From positions 1 to 27,298 of the forward strand of contig CAZEYH010000001.1 in NCBI GenBank assembly GCA_964515895.1: a stretch of 27,298 bases of DNA. The letters run 5' to 3'. The notes under the pieces are model-generated. The model searched no databases. It worked only from the letters and a program-made list of their open reading frames with translations, and had not been told where the DNA came from. The translations under genes and the position numbers were made by a program. Positions 10,201 to 18,761 of the stretch are shown here, one piece after another (within the stretch, counting starts at the first letter, position 1; the number at the start of each line of letters is the position of its first letter). The DNA is from an uncultured Clostridiaceae bacterium (lineage in GTDB: Bacteria; Bacillota; Clostridia; Acetivibrionales; DUMC01).

Positions 10201-10894
10201 TAAGATTGATGGATGCGATAAAAAGTCTTTTCTTGCAGTTCCTATTGTATATAATGATGAAGTACTTGGTATTGTGCTTTTACTGGATAAGAAAAAGAAT
10301 GCTTTCAGTGAATATGACGCAGAAATTGTATATAATTTTGCTGCACAATCAGGTATAGCAATCAAGAATGCTAAATTATTTGCTGAAATTAAGAAACTTG
10401 CTACAATTGATGATTTGACAGGATTAAATAATCGCAGACATTTTTTTGATCTTGCTGAAAGAGAATTTAAGTTGCATAAACGATATGAGAATCTTCAAGG
10501 TTTATCAATGATTATGTTGGATGTTGATGATTTTAAAAAGGTTAATGATACCTATGGACACTATATGGGAGATGATGTTTTACGAACAGTGGCAGAAAGA
10601 TGCATGCAAACTTTAAGAGAAACGGATATAATAGGGCGTTATGGTGGGGAAGAGTATACTATACTTTTGCCCTATGCAGGGAGACAAGAGGCACAGAAGG
10701 TTGCAGAGCGCTTGAAGAAAAACATATCTGCACAACCTGTCACCTTTAACGGAAAAAGTATTTATGCAACAGTTAGTATAGGAGTAGCTGTTCTAGACGA
10801 TAGTATAAATACTCTGGAAGAACTATTGCAAAGATCTGATATTGCCTTATATGAGGCTAAGAAAAAAGGAAAGAACCGTATTGTTGTGATATGA
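7268..10894 (+). CDS. Membrane sensor diguanylate cyclase: 7TM-DISM - degenerate HisKA/HATPase - REC - GAF - GGDEF
   Basis: GTG 7268 follows GGGAGG by 6 nt, and is preferred over TTG 7241. Domain cues: LDGEWEFYW extracellular domain, about 7 TM helices, HisKA/HATPase-like segment, REC (ADDD, IIDIMMP, LT, SKPF), GAF (SFLAVPI...AAQSGIAIKNAKLF) and GGDEF (DDLTGLNNRR, RETD-x5-GGEEY). Confidence 0.88.
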   Translation: MNFIKASYANKILFMFICMLVLIFYFLTGCSNAEQVPKAKNGVLDLTDWDLEMDGAVKLDGEWEFYWGQLLTPEDFAEKQGSEKFEAEKLLGEIPKNWNKYRYNDKKLESDGYATFRLEVGLKNSENIAGIKLPAISTSYKLWINGDIYNSIGKVGKTGKEFSPRYFPDTVYFSLQNREHNRNSGINEIEIIIQVANFMHRRGGIWQPLIFGTAKQIKNIREKRLFLDVFLFSSLLIIGLYLIFMYFTHRKNLYVVYLGIFSLIMSIRTLLLGEMYLSSILSTVPQELLLKVEYLTLCMGLVLCVLYLESLIPDKLNKKISLSFKLSGLLFAIFVIVSPARIYNRLLIVIQFVIIIMGLYFVNIFKSMVLNGKKEALFILIGTLFLYGTVINDILFFNEIIFTESYSSLGLFFFIISHAIMISIHHSKAFSRAERVSEHLVAIDKLKDDFLIYTSNELYKPLKGIIGISESMIEGATGKLNSIQLSNLSKIVLSSRRLFNLVNDIADFSKIKNNDIILEKKPVDLKQVTKLVFELCKPMASEKTLELKNNISPGIPLAYGDESRIQQIIYNIVSIAIQNTDLGIVTVTVRVAGEMLVVITTDNEEEMSSSELDSIFESFAYEKSFLLNKYGAGGISLRIAKYLVELHGGEISIIPFQNKGTSFIFTLPIFNEKVAEHQAKDAEKISHKYENILEKEDILEDEDIYQKNDDEYVKNDDFTSIKPDGKFNILVADDDPVDLQVMVNYLSLEGYNVTEIVNGEEVISKIRENKEDYIKKFDLLIIDIMMPKISGYEICKTLRKEFSIFELPILMLTRKGQYDDVMTGFMVGANDYISKPFDRRELLTRVGTLLAFKHSVETAIVNARNLEAEINRRTFAEALGEFSKALTSTLELNEVLERFLEKLGNFVLFDSGMVMLKEDMNFRVISNIGCFNENSSFSKDFANTLIESKNSALIQTILKNQMPVIIGDAKEDNIYCICKIDGCDKKSFLAVPIVYNDEVLGIVLLLDKKKNAFSEYDAEIVYNFAAQSGIAIKNAKLFAEIKKLATIDDLTGLNNRRHFFDLAEREFKLHKRYENLQGLSMIMLDVDDFKKVNDTYGHYMGDDVLRTVAERCMQTLRETDIIGRYGGEEYTILLPYAGRQEAQKVAERLKKNISAQPVTFNGKSIYATVSIGVAVLDDSINTLEELLQRSDIALYEAKKKGKNRIVVI

Positions 10895-10896
10895 TT

Positions 10897-11847
10897 TTAT
10901 CTATCCGGTATAATCCACTTAATAAATTTCTCATAGTAACGTGTGAAAGGGAGAAAAGCCACTGCACTTAATACATTAAAAATAGTATGAGCATTGGCTA
11001 CAAGTTTCGATTTATCCTGACCCAGTAAGGAAGTGATTTTTTTAACGCAAAGGGAAAACGGTGCAAGGATAGCAAGAACTAAAAGGCTTCCTATAACATT
11101 GTACAAAGTATGAGCCCATGCAGTACGCCTGGCAGAAATAGTAGCACCAATACTAGCTATTTGAGCTGTAAAGCAGGTTCCTATATTATCTCCCAGGATT
11201 AGTCCTAATGCAGCATCTAAGTTAATGAGGCCTCCGTTAAAAAGAACAATAGTAAGTCCCACTGTTGCACTGCTACTATGTACTAGCATAGTTGCAATCA
11301 TACCTATTATCATGCCTAGATAAGGATTTTTACCATACTTTATGAAAATATTTTTTACAATAACACTCTTTTCGATATATGGTACACTCCACCCTAATAT
11401 ACTTATACCCATTAGCATGAGTCCAAATCCAATCGTTGCCCTGCCTATATTTTTAATAGAATACCTTTTTGCAAATATTCTTATTATAAAACCTATCAAT
11501 ATAAATAAAGGAGCGAAATCTACAAGCTTGAAAGACATAAATTGTGCTGTAATTGTGGTACCAATATTTGCACCGTAGATGATTCCAATAGCTTGAGTGA
11601 ACTGGAGCAAGCCGGTATTAACAAGGCCTACTGTAATAATAGTAACTGCAGTACTACTTTGCACCAAAGCAGTAATAATAGTACCTGTTACAAGGGAAGT
11701 AAAAACGTTTCCTGTAAATCGAGAAAGGGCATATTTAATTCTATTTACGTTTATTTTTTCCAGACCATCACTCATAAGATTAACTCCAAATACCAAACTT
11801 GCACTACCTGCAACAAGATTCAAAATTATTATAGCAAATGTTAGCAT
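10897..11847 (-). CDS. Na+/Pi cotransporter family protein (NptA-like), short form without PhoU domain
   Basis: Two repeats, LVQSSTAVT...GANIGTT and LVHSSSAT...GDNIGTC, and C-terminal ANAHTIFN. GGAGGT RBS lies 6 nt before ATG 11847, which is preferred over 11868. Confidence 0.85.
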   Translation of the reverse strand: MLTFAIIILNLVAGSASLVFGVNLMSDGLEKINVNRIKYALSRFTGNVFTSLVTGTIITALVQSSTAVTIITVGLVNTGLLQFTQAIGIIYGANIGTTITAQFMSFKLVDFAPLFILIGFIIRIFAKRYSIKNIGRATIGFGLMLMGISILGWSVPYIEKSVIVKNIFIKYGKNPYLGMIIGMIATMLVHSSSATVGLTIVLFNGGLINLDAALGLILGDNIGTCFTAQIASIGATISARRTAWAHTLYNVIGSLLVLAILAPFSLCVKKITSLLGQDKSKLVANAHTIFNVLSAVAFLPFTRYYEKFIKWIIPDR

Positions 11848-11996
11848 ATAAATACCTCCACCAAACATTACGTCCTATAAAAGAATAGTCCTAATATTCT
11901 TAAAATAGAACTAGTATAATGTTTAATGGAGACGTACATTTCTTGTCACATTTTTTATGTTAGCTACTAAAAAACAAAAAACTCCCAAAAAAGTAC

Positions 11997-12025
11997 TTGA
12001 AAATTAGTTTCACATGCAATATAAT
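11997..12025 (+). promoter_or_regulatory. sigmaA-type promoter of the catabolic cluster
   Basis: TTGAAA (11997-12002), 17-bp spacer, TATAAT (12020-12025), about 35 bp before the first CDS. Confidence 0.75.
11998..12012. promoter_or_regulatory. TGAAA-N5-TTTCA palindrome overlapping the -35 box, candidate repressor (RpiR) operator
   Basis: Sequence TGAAAATTAGTTTCA. An RpiR gene ends the cluster. Confidence 0.5.
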
Positions 12026-12060
12026 AAACATGTAGTATAATTTCCCAACCGGAAGGTGAT

Positions 12061-13455
12061 GTGATGTTGGATTATAAATTAAAGATAGCTCTGGCTCCTG
12101 TGAGGCGTTGGCTGCATGGAAGGAGAACGGGTATTTTCAACCCGGATTATGCTGTAAAAAACAAAAAAATGGTATTAGAATACATTAGACGGAATTTTGC
12201 AAGCAACAGTGTAGAGTTTGTAGACTTGGAATTTCTGAATGATGAGGGCTTGATGTATGATATTTCACAAGCGGAAGAGATAGCAAAGTACTTTAATGCT
12301 GAAGGTGTTGACGGTCTTGTTATCATCAATTGCAATTTCGGTTGTGAAGAGGTTGCCGGAAAAGTTGCCAAGATTTTAAACAAGCCAACCCTAATATGGG
12401 CACCTCAAGATACCATTTTTGATGAAGATGGAATGAGATATACCGATTCACAATGCGGTCTTTTTGCTATAAGCAAGCAACTGCAACGTATAGGGATTCC
12501 ATTTAGTCATATTGAAAATAGTAAAGTAGAAGACGAAGTATTTAATAAAGGATTCGAGGAGTTTTTATCAGTTGCCTGTATGATTAAAAATTTCAGGAAG
12601 CTCAGGATAGCTCAGATAGGCTCAAGACCAAAGCCTTTTAACAGTGTCATATTTAACGAAGGTGAGCTCCTTGAGAAGTTCGGTATTGAAGTTATTCCTA
12701 TTAATCTTGCTATACTAATTCAGGAGTACAATTCTATTTTTAATGCTAAAAGTAAAGAACTAAATGAAGATGTAAAAAAAGTAAAAGCCATTTATGATGT
12801 AGGTGCTCTAACTGACCTGGAACTAAAGAAAATGATGACTTTTAAATATCTATACAAAAAAATATCTGAAGATAATAACTGTCAGATAATATCTACTGAA
12901 TGCTGGACAGCAATGCTTGCTGCTGTTGGTGCAATGCCATGTTTGGCTATGAGTGTACTTGCAGATGATAAACTTATTGTAACCTGTGAATCTGATGTGT
13001 TAGGTGCAATAACCATGGCACTGCTATCTTGTGCTGCAAGAGGGAAGACAGTGCCTTTCTTCGGGGAATTCACTGTAAGGCATCCGGAAAACAAAAATGC
13101 AGAATTGTTATGGCATTGCGGTCCATTTGCTTATTCCCTGAAAAAGCCCGGAGAGAGGGCGGTAATATTCAATTTGAAACCCGGCTTCAGGCTCAAAGAT
13201 GGAAATTATACAATAGCAAGACTTGATTCGTTGAAAGGTGAATATTCACTGCTTGGAGGCACATTTAAAACAACTGATGGACCACACACCTTCGGTACAT
13301 ATTTATGGGCTGAATTTGATGATTATGTAAAATGGGAGAAGAAGCTTATCAATGGTCCCTATATACATCATATGGCAGAAATTGAGGGTGATTATAGAGG
13401 AGCTTTGCAGGAATTCTGTAAATATATTCCGGGTTTACATTTTGATACACCCTGA
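12061..13455 (+). CDS. L-fucose/L-arabinose isomerase family protein
   Basis: Motifs: NFGCEE, DSQCG, CESDVLGA, FGEF, WHCG and YIHH. The start may be GTG 12061 or ATG 12064. Confidence 0.82.
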   Translation: MMLDYKLKIALAPVRRWLHGRRTGIFNPDYAVKNKKMVLEYIRRNFASNSVEFVDLEFLNDEGLMYDISQAEEIAKYFNAEGVDGLVIINCNFGCEEVAGKVAKILNKPTLIWAPQDTIFDEDGMRYTDSQCGLFAISKQLQRIGIPFSHIENSKVEDEVFNKGFEEFLSVACMIKNFRKLRIAQIGSRPKPFNSVIFNEGELLEKFGIEVIPINLAILIQEYNSIFNAKSKELNEDVKKVKAIYDVGALTDLELKKMMTFKYLYKKISEDNNCQIISTECWTAMLAAVGAMPCLAMSVLADDKLIVTCESDVLGAITMALLSCAARGKTVPFFGEFTVRHPENKNAELLWHCGPFAYSLKKPGERAVIFNLKPGFRLKDGNYTIARLDSLKGEYSLLGGTFKTTDGPHTFGTYLWAEFDDYVKWEKKLINGPYIHHMAEIEGDYRGALQEFCKYIPGLHFDTP

Positions 13456-13576
13456 ATGATTATTTGAAAAATTTAAAGTGTTTAGATTATTTAAACTGTC
13501 ACAGAATAAGCAACAGAAGTTTTGCAAGTCGATTTTATCTGGTTTTAAAATAAATGATATTAGAGGGGGTTAAATT

Positions 13577-14422
13577 ATGCCGCTTGTACCAACTATTAAT
13601 CTCGTAGAAAATGCTGCTGTAAAGGGTTATGCAGTTCCTGCCTTTAATGTTTATAATTATGAAACAGTAATTGCAGCTTTGAACACTGCATCTAGGCTAA
13701 ACGCACCTGTTATTCTCCAGATTTACAATAGGCTTATGGATTCACGGCTTGCTAAAGGTCTTGCTTCAGCTATAAGTACGCTCGCTAAAGATGAACCTGT
13801 TAGTATTTCTCTTCATCTTGATCATGGCGAAAGCATAAGCAATGTTATCCGTGCAATTCGTTATGGCTTTTGTAGTGCTATGTATGATGGTTCAAATCTA
13901 TCTTTTAAAGACAACATAAAAACAACATCAAAGATAAAAGAACTATGTCAACATGTAAATATGCCTGTTGAAGGGGAATTGGGTCATGTGGGAACAACTA
14001 ATGAGAACATCAATTCAAGTGAATTTACTGATCCTGAACTGGCAAAGGTGTTTTGTGAAGAAACAGGTGTGGACATGCTTGCTGTAATGGTCGGTTCTGC
14101 GCATGGCAGGTATAAAAAAGCACCTGAACTTGATATAGACAGAATTGCCGCAATAAGAGGAAAAACAAATAAACCTCTTGTGCTGCATGGCGGTTCAGGA
14201 ATACCCGATGAGCAAATCAAAAAAGCTATATCTGCCGGAATTACGAAAATAAACTTCGCAACTGATATATGCGTGGCATTTATTGGTGAAATTCGCAGCT
14301 TACCTTGTGATAGCGGATTATGGGAAAAACCTATTGACATATTTGCTGAAAAATCAATTAAGGCTGTTGAAAGTTTTATGGAAGAAAAGATTTTACTGCT
14401 TGGTGCTGAAAATAGATCATAA
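13577..14422 (+). CDS. Class II (Zn) ketose-phosphate aldolase, FBA/tagatose-bisphosphate/IolJ family
   Basis: Motifs: YAVPAFN, HLDH, MYDGS, EGELG, VGSAHG, LHGGSG and KINFAT. Confidence 0.92.
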   Translation: MPLVPTINLVENAAVKGYAVPAFNVYNYETVIAALNTASRLNAPVILQIYNRLMDSRLAKGLASAISTLAKDEPVSISLHLDHGESISNVIRAIRYGFCSAMYDGSNLSFKDNIKTTSKIKELCQHVNMPVEGELGHVGTTNENINSSEFTDPELAKVFCEETGVDMLAVMVGSAHGRYKKAPELDIDRIAAIRGKTNKPLVLHGGSGIPDEQIKKAISAGITKINFATDICVAFIGEIRSLPCDSGLWEKPIDIFAEKSIKAVESFMEEKILLLGAENRS

Positions 14423-14530
14423 ATAAAGGCATCAAATATTAAAATCTTAAAATAACTATAGAATAATCTAAAAACTTAAATAAAGTAGTGGGTATTAAGG
14501 TTTTTGGTAAAAAGTGCAAAACTAAGGTTA

Positions 14531-14571
14531 CCGGGTATTTTGTTCAATATTAATATTTGAACAAATATCGG
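14531..14571. other. Long imperfect intergenic inverted repeat / stem-loop
   Basis: TTTGTTCAA (14539-14547) pairs with TTGAACAAA (14557-14565) around a near-palindromic TATTAATAT centre. Pairing extends imperfectly to CC/GG ends. No U-tract follows. Confidence 0.5.
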
Positions 14572-14657
14572 TGTTTGAATGAAATATCAGAAAATAATTG
14601 GCTATAAATAACTGACAATGTTTAAAAAATAATGGAAAGGAGACATTATGAATTTTT

Positions 14658-15578
14658 ATGAGTAGAGTAATAGGAATTGGAGCTTCGCTTTATGACGTAA
14701 TTATGTCTGTAGACAACTATCCAAAAGAAAACACAAAACAACGGACGGATAAAGTTACATATCAATGTGGCGGTCCTGTATCTACGGCTTTAGTAGCTAT
14801 AAGCAAACTGGGAGGAGAAGCTTCTTATTTTGGCGTTTTTACCGATGATGGATATTCTGATAGTATGCTTGAAGAATTTAAAAAGTACGGTGTCGATACT
14901 TCATTATGTATAAAAAAAGGCGGTTACTCATCCCCCTTCTCCTTTATTATAGTTTCTGAAAAAGCACATACCAGAACTGTACTATGGACAGGTGGATCTT
15001 TACCGTTACTTCTTCCTGAAGAAGTTCCTAAAGAAGCTATAAAAGCATCATCAGTAATACATCTTGATGGTAACCACAGAGATGCAGCATTATATGCAGC
15101 TAAAATTGCTAAGGAAAACGGTGTAAAGGTTTCACTTGATGCAGGAAGTTGCTATCCCGGAATAACGGAAATAGTGGAACACACAGATTTTTTAGTTGCA
15201 TCGGAAGAGTTTGTACGAGAGTTTACAGGTAATAATGAGCTTCAGGATGCAGCTAAAGTGCTATATAAAAGATTTAAGCCTGAAATTATAGTTGTTACAC
15301 AGGGTGATAAGGGGGGTTTTTATTTTGATGGTCAAGAGCTAGAACACTATCCGGCATATAGCGTTAATGTAGTAGATACCACTGGTGCCGGAGATGTTTT
15401 TCATGGTGCATTTATCTTTGGCTATTTAAAGGGTTGGAAATGGGAAAATATAGTTAGATTTTCCAGTGCAGTTTCTGCCTTAAAATGCACTAAACCAGGT
15501 GGAAGAACAGGTATACCGACTTATAGGGAAACAGTAAATTTTATGAAAGAGTGCGGTGAAGTTGAATTTTTTGAGTGA
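14658..15578 (+). CDS. PfkB/ribokinase family sugar kinase (YihV-like group)
   Basis: Motifs: GGPVSTALVAISKLG, anion-hole DTTGAGDVFHGAF and C-terminal ALKCTKPGGRTGIP. Confidence 0.9.
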   Translation: MSRVIGIGASLYDVIMSVDNYPKENTKQRTDKVTYQCGGPVSTALVAISKLGGEASYFGVFTDDGYSDSMLEEFKKYGVDTSLCIKKGGYSSPFSFIIVSEKAHTRTVLWTGGSLPLLLPEEVPKEAIKASSVIHLDGNHRDAALYAAKIAKENGVKVSLDAGSCYPGITEIVEHTDFLVASEEFVREFTGNNELQDAAKVLYKRFKPEIIVVTQGDKGGFYFDGQELEHYPAYSVNVVDTTGAGDVFHGAFIFGYLKGWKWENIVRFSSAVSALKCTKPGGRTGIPTYRETVNFMKECGEVEFFE

Positions 15579-15677
15579 TTACATAGTTGTTATTTTTGTA
15601 TGAATAAAGGAATGTTTTTTGTTGAAGAAATAAGCATTAAAATGATTATAGGATTAGATGATTAGAGGTGTTGATGA

Positions 15678-17231
15678 ATGACTGAAATGACTGAAGATAC
15701 TGCTATTCATAATGATGAAGATGTCTTGTTGGGAGTTGATTTCGGTAGTGGTGGGGCAAAGTCTACGTTACTTTCTCCAAAGGGCAATATAATAGCGACC
15801 TGTTTCAAGGAATATCCTACATATTATCCTAAACTATATCATGCAGAACAAAATCCAAATGATTGGTGGAAAGCTTTCAGAGATAGTATTACAGAGCTAA
15901 CAGAGAAAAAGGTATTGAAACCATCTCGTTTGATTGCTATAGCGGTTGATGCACCAACACATATTGCTGTTTTGCTTGATAAAGATAAAGAAGTCATACA
16001 AAATGCTATTTTTTGGACAGATCAAAGGAGTGCTTCTATTGCTGATGAACTTGATGAAAAGTATGGTGATTTAATACAGGAACAGGCATTTCATCGACCG
16101 GGAACTATATGGACATTACCGCAATTACTGTGGGTAAAAAGGCAGTTGCCGGAGGTATGGAATAAAACAAGATACATAGTTTTTGAAAAAGATTATATCA
16201 GGTATCTAATGACAGGAAAACTTGCCACGGATAACATAGAAGCGATAGGATCTATGCTATTTGATGCAAGAAAAAAAGTATGGTCAAAAGAGTTATGCAA
16301 TATTATAGACCTTCCTGTAGAATACCTACCCGAGATAAGACTACCTAATGAACTTGCAGGAAAATTGACTAAGAAAGCAGCTAATGAACTTGGTCTTATA
16401 GAAGGTATACCTGTGATTATCGGAACTACTGATACAGCTTTAGAAGTATTTGGTGCAGGGGCTATAGACTTAGGTCAAGCTACTGTTAAATTGGCGACTG
16501 CAGGCAGGATATGTGCAATAACAGAAAGAGCGGCACCTCACAAATATCTTGTAAACTATCCCCATGTTGTTCCGGGCAAATGGTATCCGGGTACGGCAAC
16601 TAAATCTTGCGCTTCATCCTATAGATGGTTTAGGGACGTTTTTGGTGAGAAAGAGGTAGAGTTTGAAAAGTTGGAAGGGAAAAGCTCATATTACTACCTT
16701 GATAAGCTGGCGGAATCCGTCCCTCCGGGATGTGGCGGGTTATTTTATCATCCCTATTTAACCGGCGAATTAACCCCATATAACAATAGCAATTTAAGGG
16801 CAAGTTTTACCGGAGCTACTATGAAGCATACACGGGCACATTTTACCCGTTCAGTTTTAGAAGGTGTTGCTTTTTCTCTTAAAGACTGTATGAGTGTTAT
16901 TAAAGAGTGTGGGTTTAAATTAGAAGATGTGAGGCTTATTGGCGGAGGAGCACAAAGTCCGCTTTGGAGCCAGATTGTATCTGATGTTTTAGGAATTTCA
17001 TTATCTAAACCTTCGACTGCAGATTCATCTGTGGGAGGCGCAATGTTAGCAGGTGTTGGATCTGGTGTTTTTTCGGGCTTTGAAGATGCGGTAAATAAAT
17101 GTGTGAAAATAACAGAAAAGGTAGAACCCGATATGGAAAGGCATAAGTATTATGAAAAGCTTTTTCAAGTCTATAAAGAAATACAGCAAGGGTTGGAAGA
17201 AGCATATGAAAAACTGGCAGTAATCATATGA
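15678..17231 (+). CDS. FGGY family carbohydrate kinase (xylulokinase-like)
   Basis: Motifs: GVDFGSGGAK, WTDQRS, GTTD, PYLTGELTP, LEGVAF and GGGAQS. GAGGTG RBS. Confidence 0.9.
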   Translation: MTEMTEDTAIHNDEDVLLGVDFGSGGAKSTLLSPKGNIIATCFKEYPTYYPKLYHAEQNPNDWWKAFRDSITELTEKKVLKPSRLIAIAVDAPTHIAVLLDKDKEVIQNAIFWTDQRSASIADELDEKYGDLIQEQAFHRPGTIWTLPQLLWVKRQLPEVWNKTRYIVFEKDYIRYLMTGKLATDNIEAIGSMLFDARKKVWSKELCNIIDLPVEYLPEIRLPNELAGKLTKKAANELGLIEGIPVIIGTTDTALEVFGAGAIDLGQATVKLATAGRICAITERAAPHKYLVNYPHVVPGKWYPGTATKSCASSYRWFRDVFGEKEVEFEKLEGKSSYYYLDKLAESVPPGCGGLFYHPYLTGELTPYNNSNLRASFTGATMKHTRAHFTRSVLEGVAFSLKDCMSVIKECGFKLEDVRLIGGGAQSPLWSQIVSDVLGISLSKPSTADSSVGGAMLAGVGSGVFSGFEDAVNKCVKITEKVEPDMERHKYYEKLFQVYKEIQQGLEEAYEKLAVII

Positions 17232-17302
17232 AAAGTAAGCAGCAATTATATGAAAAGCCTTATGCACGTCACCTAATACAAAAAAAGAATGGAGGTCATA
17301 TT

Positions 17303-18742
17303 ATGAATTATAAGAAACAAGGATTGCATTTTGACATGATATATTCAGAACTTGAAGATGCAGTCGGAAAAGGCAATATAAGCACAAGTGAAGTTGATAA
17401 GTATATATATAGTGTCGACTATTACTGGGTTCCAAGAATAATAGCTGATAGAGGGGAAAAATCTGAAACAGCTGACTTTATATTGTATCCACAGAATACG
17501 CAGCAGATATCTAATGTTATGCAAATAGCAAACTACTACAAAATACCAGTAACAGTGTGGGGTGGTGGTTCGGGCTCACAGGGTGGTGCATTGCCGGTAT
17601 ATGGTGGAATTATCCTAGATATGAAGAAGATGAATAAGGTGCTTAGTATAAATGATATAGCTTATACGGCAACTGCAGAAACAGGCATAATTCAGCAGGA
17701 TTTTGAGTGGGCGGTTAATAGGAAGGGATACTCCTTGATGCATCTTCCGGCCTCAATCTCATGCGCAACGCTGGGAGGATTTTTGGCTCATAGAGGTACT
17801 GGAGTATTATCTACAAAATATGGAAAAATTGAGGACCTTATAATAAATATGGAGGTTGTCCTTCCAACAGGTGAAATTATAAATACCCTTGAAGTTCCAA
17901 GACATGCTTCAGGGCCTGATTTAAACCAGATTTTTGTTGGTTCCGAGGGTGTATTTGGGATAATTACAAAGGCTACTCTTAAAATGTTTGACATACCTGA
18001 AACAAGATGTTTCCATGCATTTATGTTTAGAAATTTCCATGATGCTTATGAGGCAGGACGTGAGATTATGACAAGAAGGCTCAATCCTTCTGTAATAAGA
18101 TTATATGATGAGGAAGAAACCAAACACCATGTAAAAAGAGTGCTTGGACTTGAACGAGAAGGAGCATACCTAGTTTTTGGCTTTGATGGAGATAAAGAAA
18201 TAGTTGAAATTCAGAAAAAACGTGCTATTGATATATGCAAAAAGACTTCATATGAAGATTTGGGAAGTAAAGGCGGAACTGATTGGTGGGAGAATAAGTA
18301 TAAATTTTATTTTCCGCCATACGCATATGATATACCTCAGGCTTTTGGTACAATGGATACTGTTGCAACCTATGACAAAATGGAAAAGGTATATTGGGGG
18401 ATGAAGAATGCAATAGAAAGCAATTATGATAATGTGAGGTTTATAGCTCACTTTTCTCACTGGTATGAGTGGGGTGTAATGTGCTATGACCGTTTTATAA
18501 TCGAGGATGAGCATGTACCAAGAGATCCTCACGAGGCAATAAGACTTTATAACGATATCTGGACAACGGGAGTTAGAGCAGCGCTGGAAAATGGTGGAAT
18601 AATTAATGAGCACCATGGTATCGGTATTAAATTAGGCAGATTTATGAAGGAACAATATGGTCCTGCATTTAAGGTGCTTCAAATAATTAAGAAGGGCCTT
18701 GACCCAAATAATATTATGAATCCGGGCAAGGCTGGATTATAG
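17303..18742 (+). CDS. FAD-binding oxidoreductase, VAO/PCMH fold (alkyl-DHAP synthase-like / GlcD-like)
   Basis: Motifs: WGGGSGSQGG, HLPAS...TLGG, KYGKIED, GSEGVFGIIT, AHFSH, EHHGIG and DPNNIMNPGK. GGAGGT RBS lies 6 nt before ATG 17303, which is preferred over 17228. Confidence 0.88.
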   Translation: MNYKKQGLHFDMIYSELEDAVGKGNISTSEVDKYIYSVDYYWVPRIIADRGEKSETADFILYPQNTQQISNVMQIANYYKIPVTVWGGGSGSQGGALPVYGGIILDMKKMNKVLSINDIAYTATAETGIIQQDFEWAVNRKGYSLMHLPASISCATLGGFLAHRGTGVLSTKYGKIEDLIINMEVVLPTGEIINTLEVPRHASGPDLNQIFVGSEGVFGIITKATLKMFDIPETRCFHAFMFRNFHDAYEAGREIMTRRLNPSVIRLYDEEETKHHVKRVLGLEREGAYLVFGFDGDKEIVEIQKKRAIDICKKTSYEDLGSKGGTDWWENKYKFYFPPYAYDIPQAFGTMDTVATYDKMEKVYWGMKNAIESNYDNVRFIAHFSHWYEWGVMCYDRFIIEDEHVPRDPHEAIRLYNDIWTTGVRAALENGGIINEHHGIGIKLGRFMKEQYGPAFKVLQIIKKGLDPNNIMNPGKAGL

Positions 18743-18761
18743 AGAGAGGGGGAGCGATGAA

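Noticed and set aside
10897-11847. Na/Pi cotransporter as a truncated pseudogene
   Set aside because: It has an intact RBS, both membrane repeats and a clean stop, and there is no PhoU remnant downstream.
17228-17302. ATGA-overlapping start for the FAD oxidoreductase
   Set aside because: A strong GGAGGT RBS precedes ATG 17303, and the extension has no domain content. It cannot be fully excluded.
17303-18742. Ether-lipid synthesis by a true alkyl-DHAP synthase
   Set aside because: The HHH motif is altered to EHH, there are no acyltransferase or acyl-reductase neighbours, and the context is catabolic.
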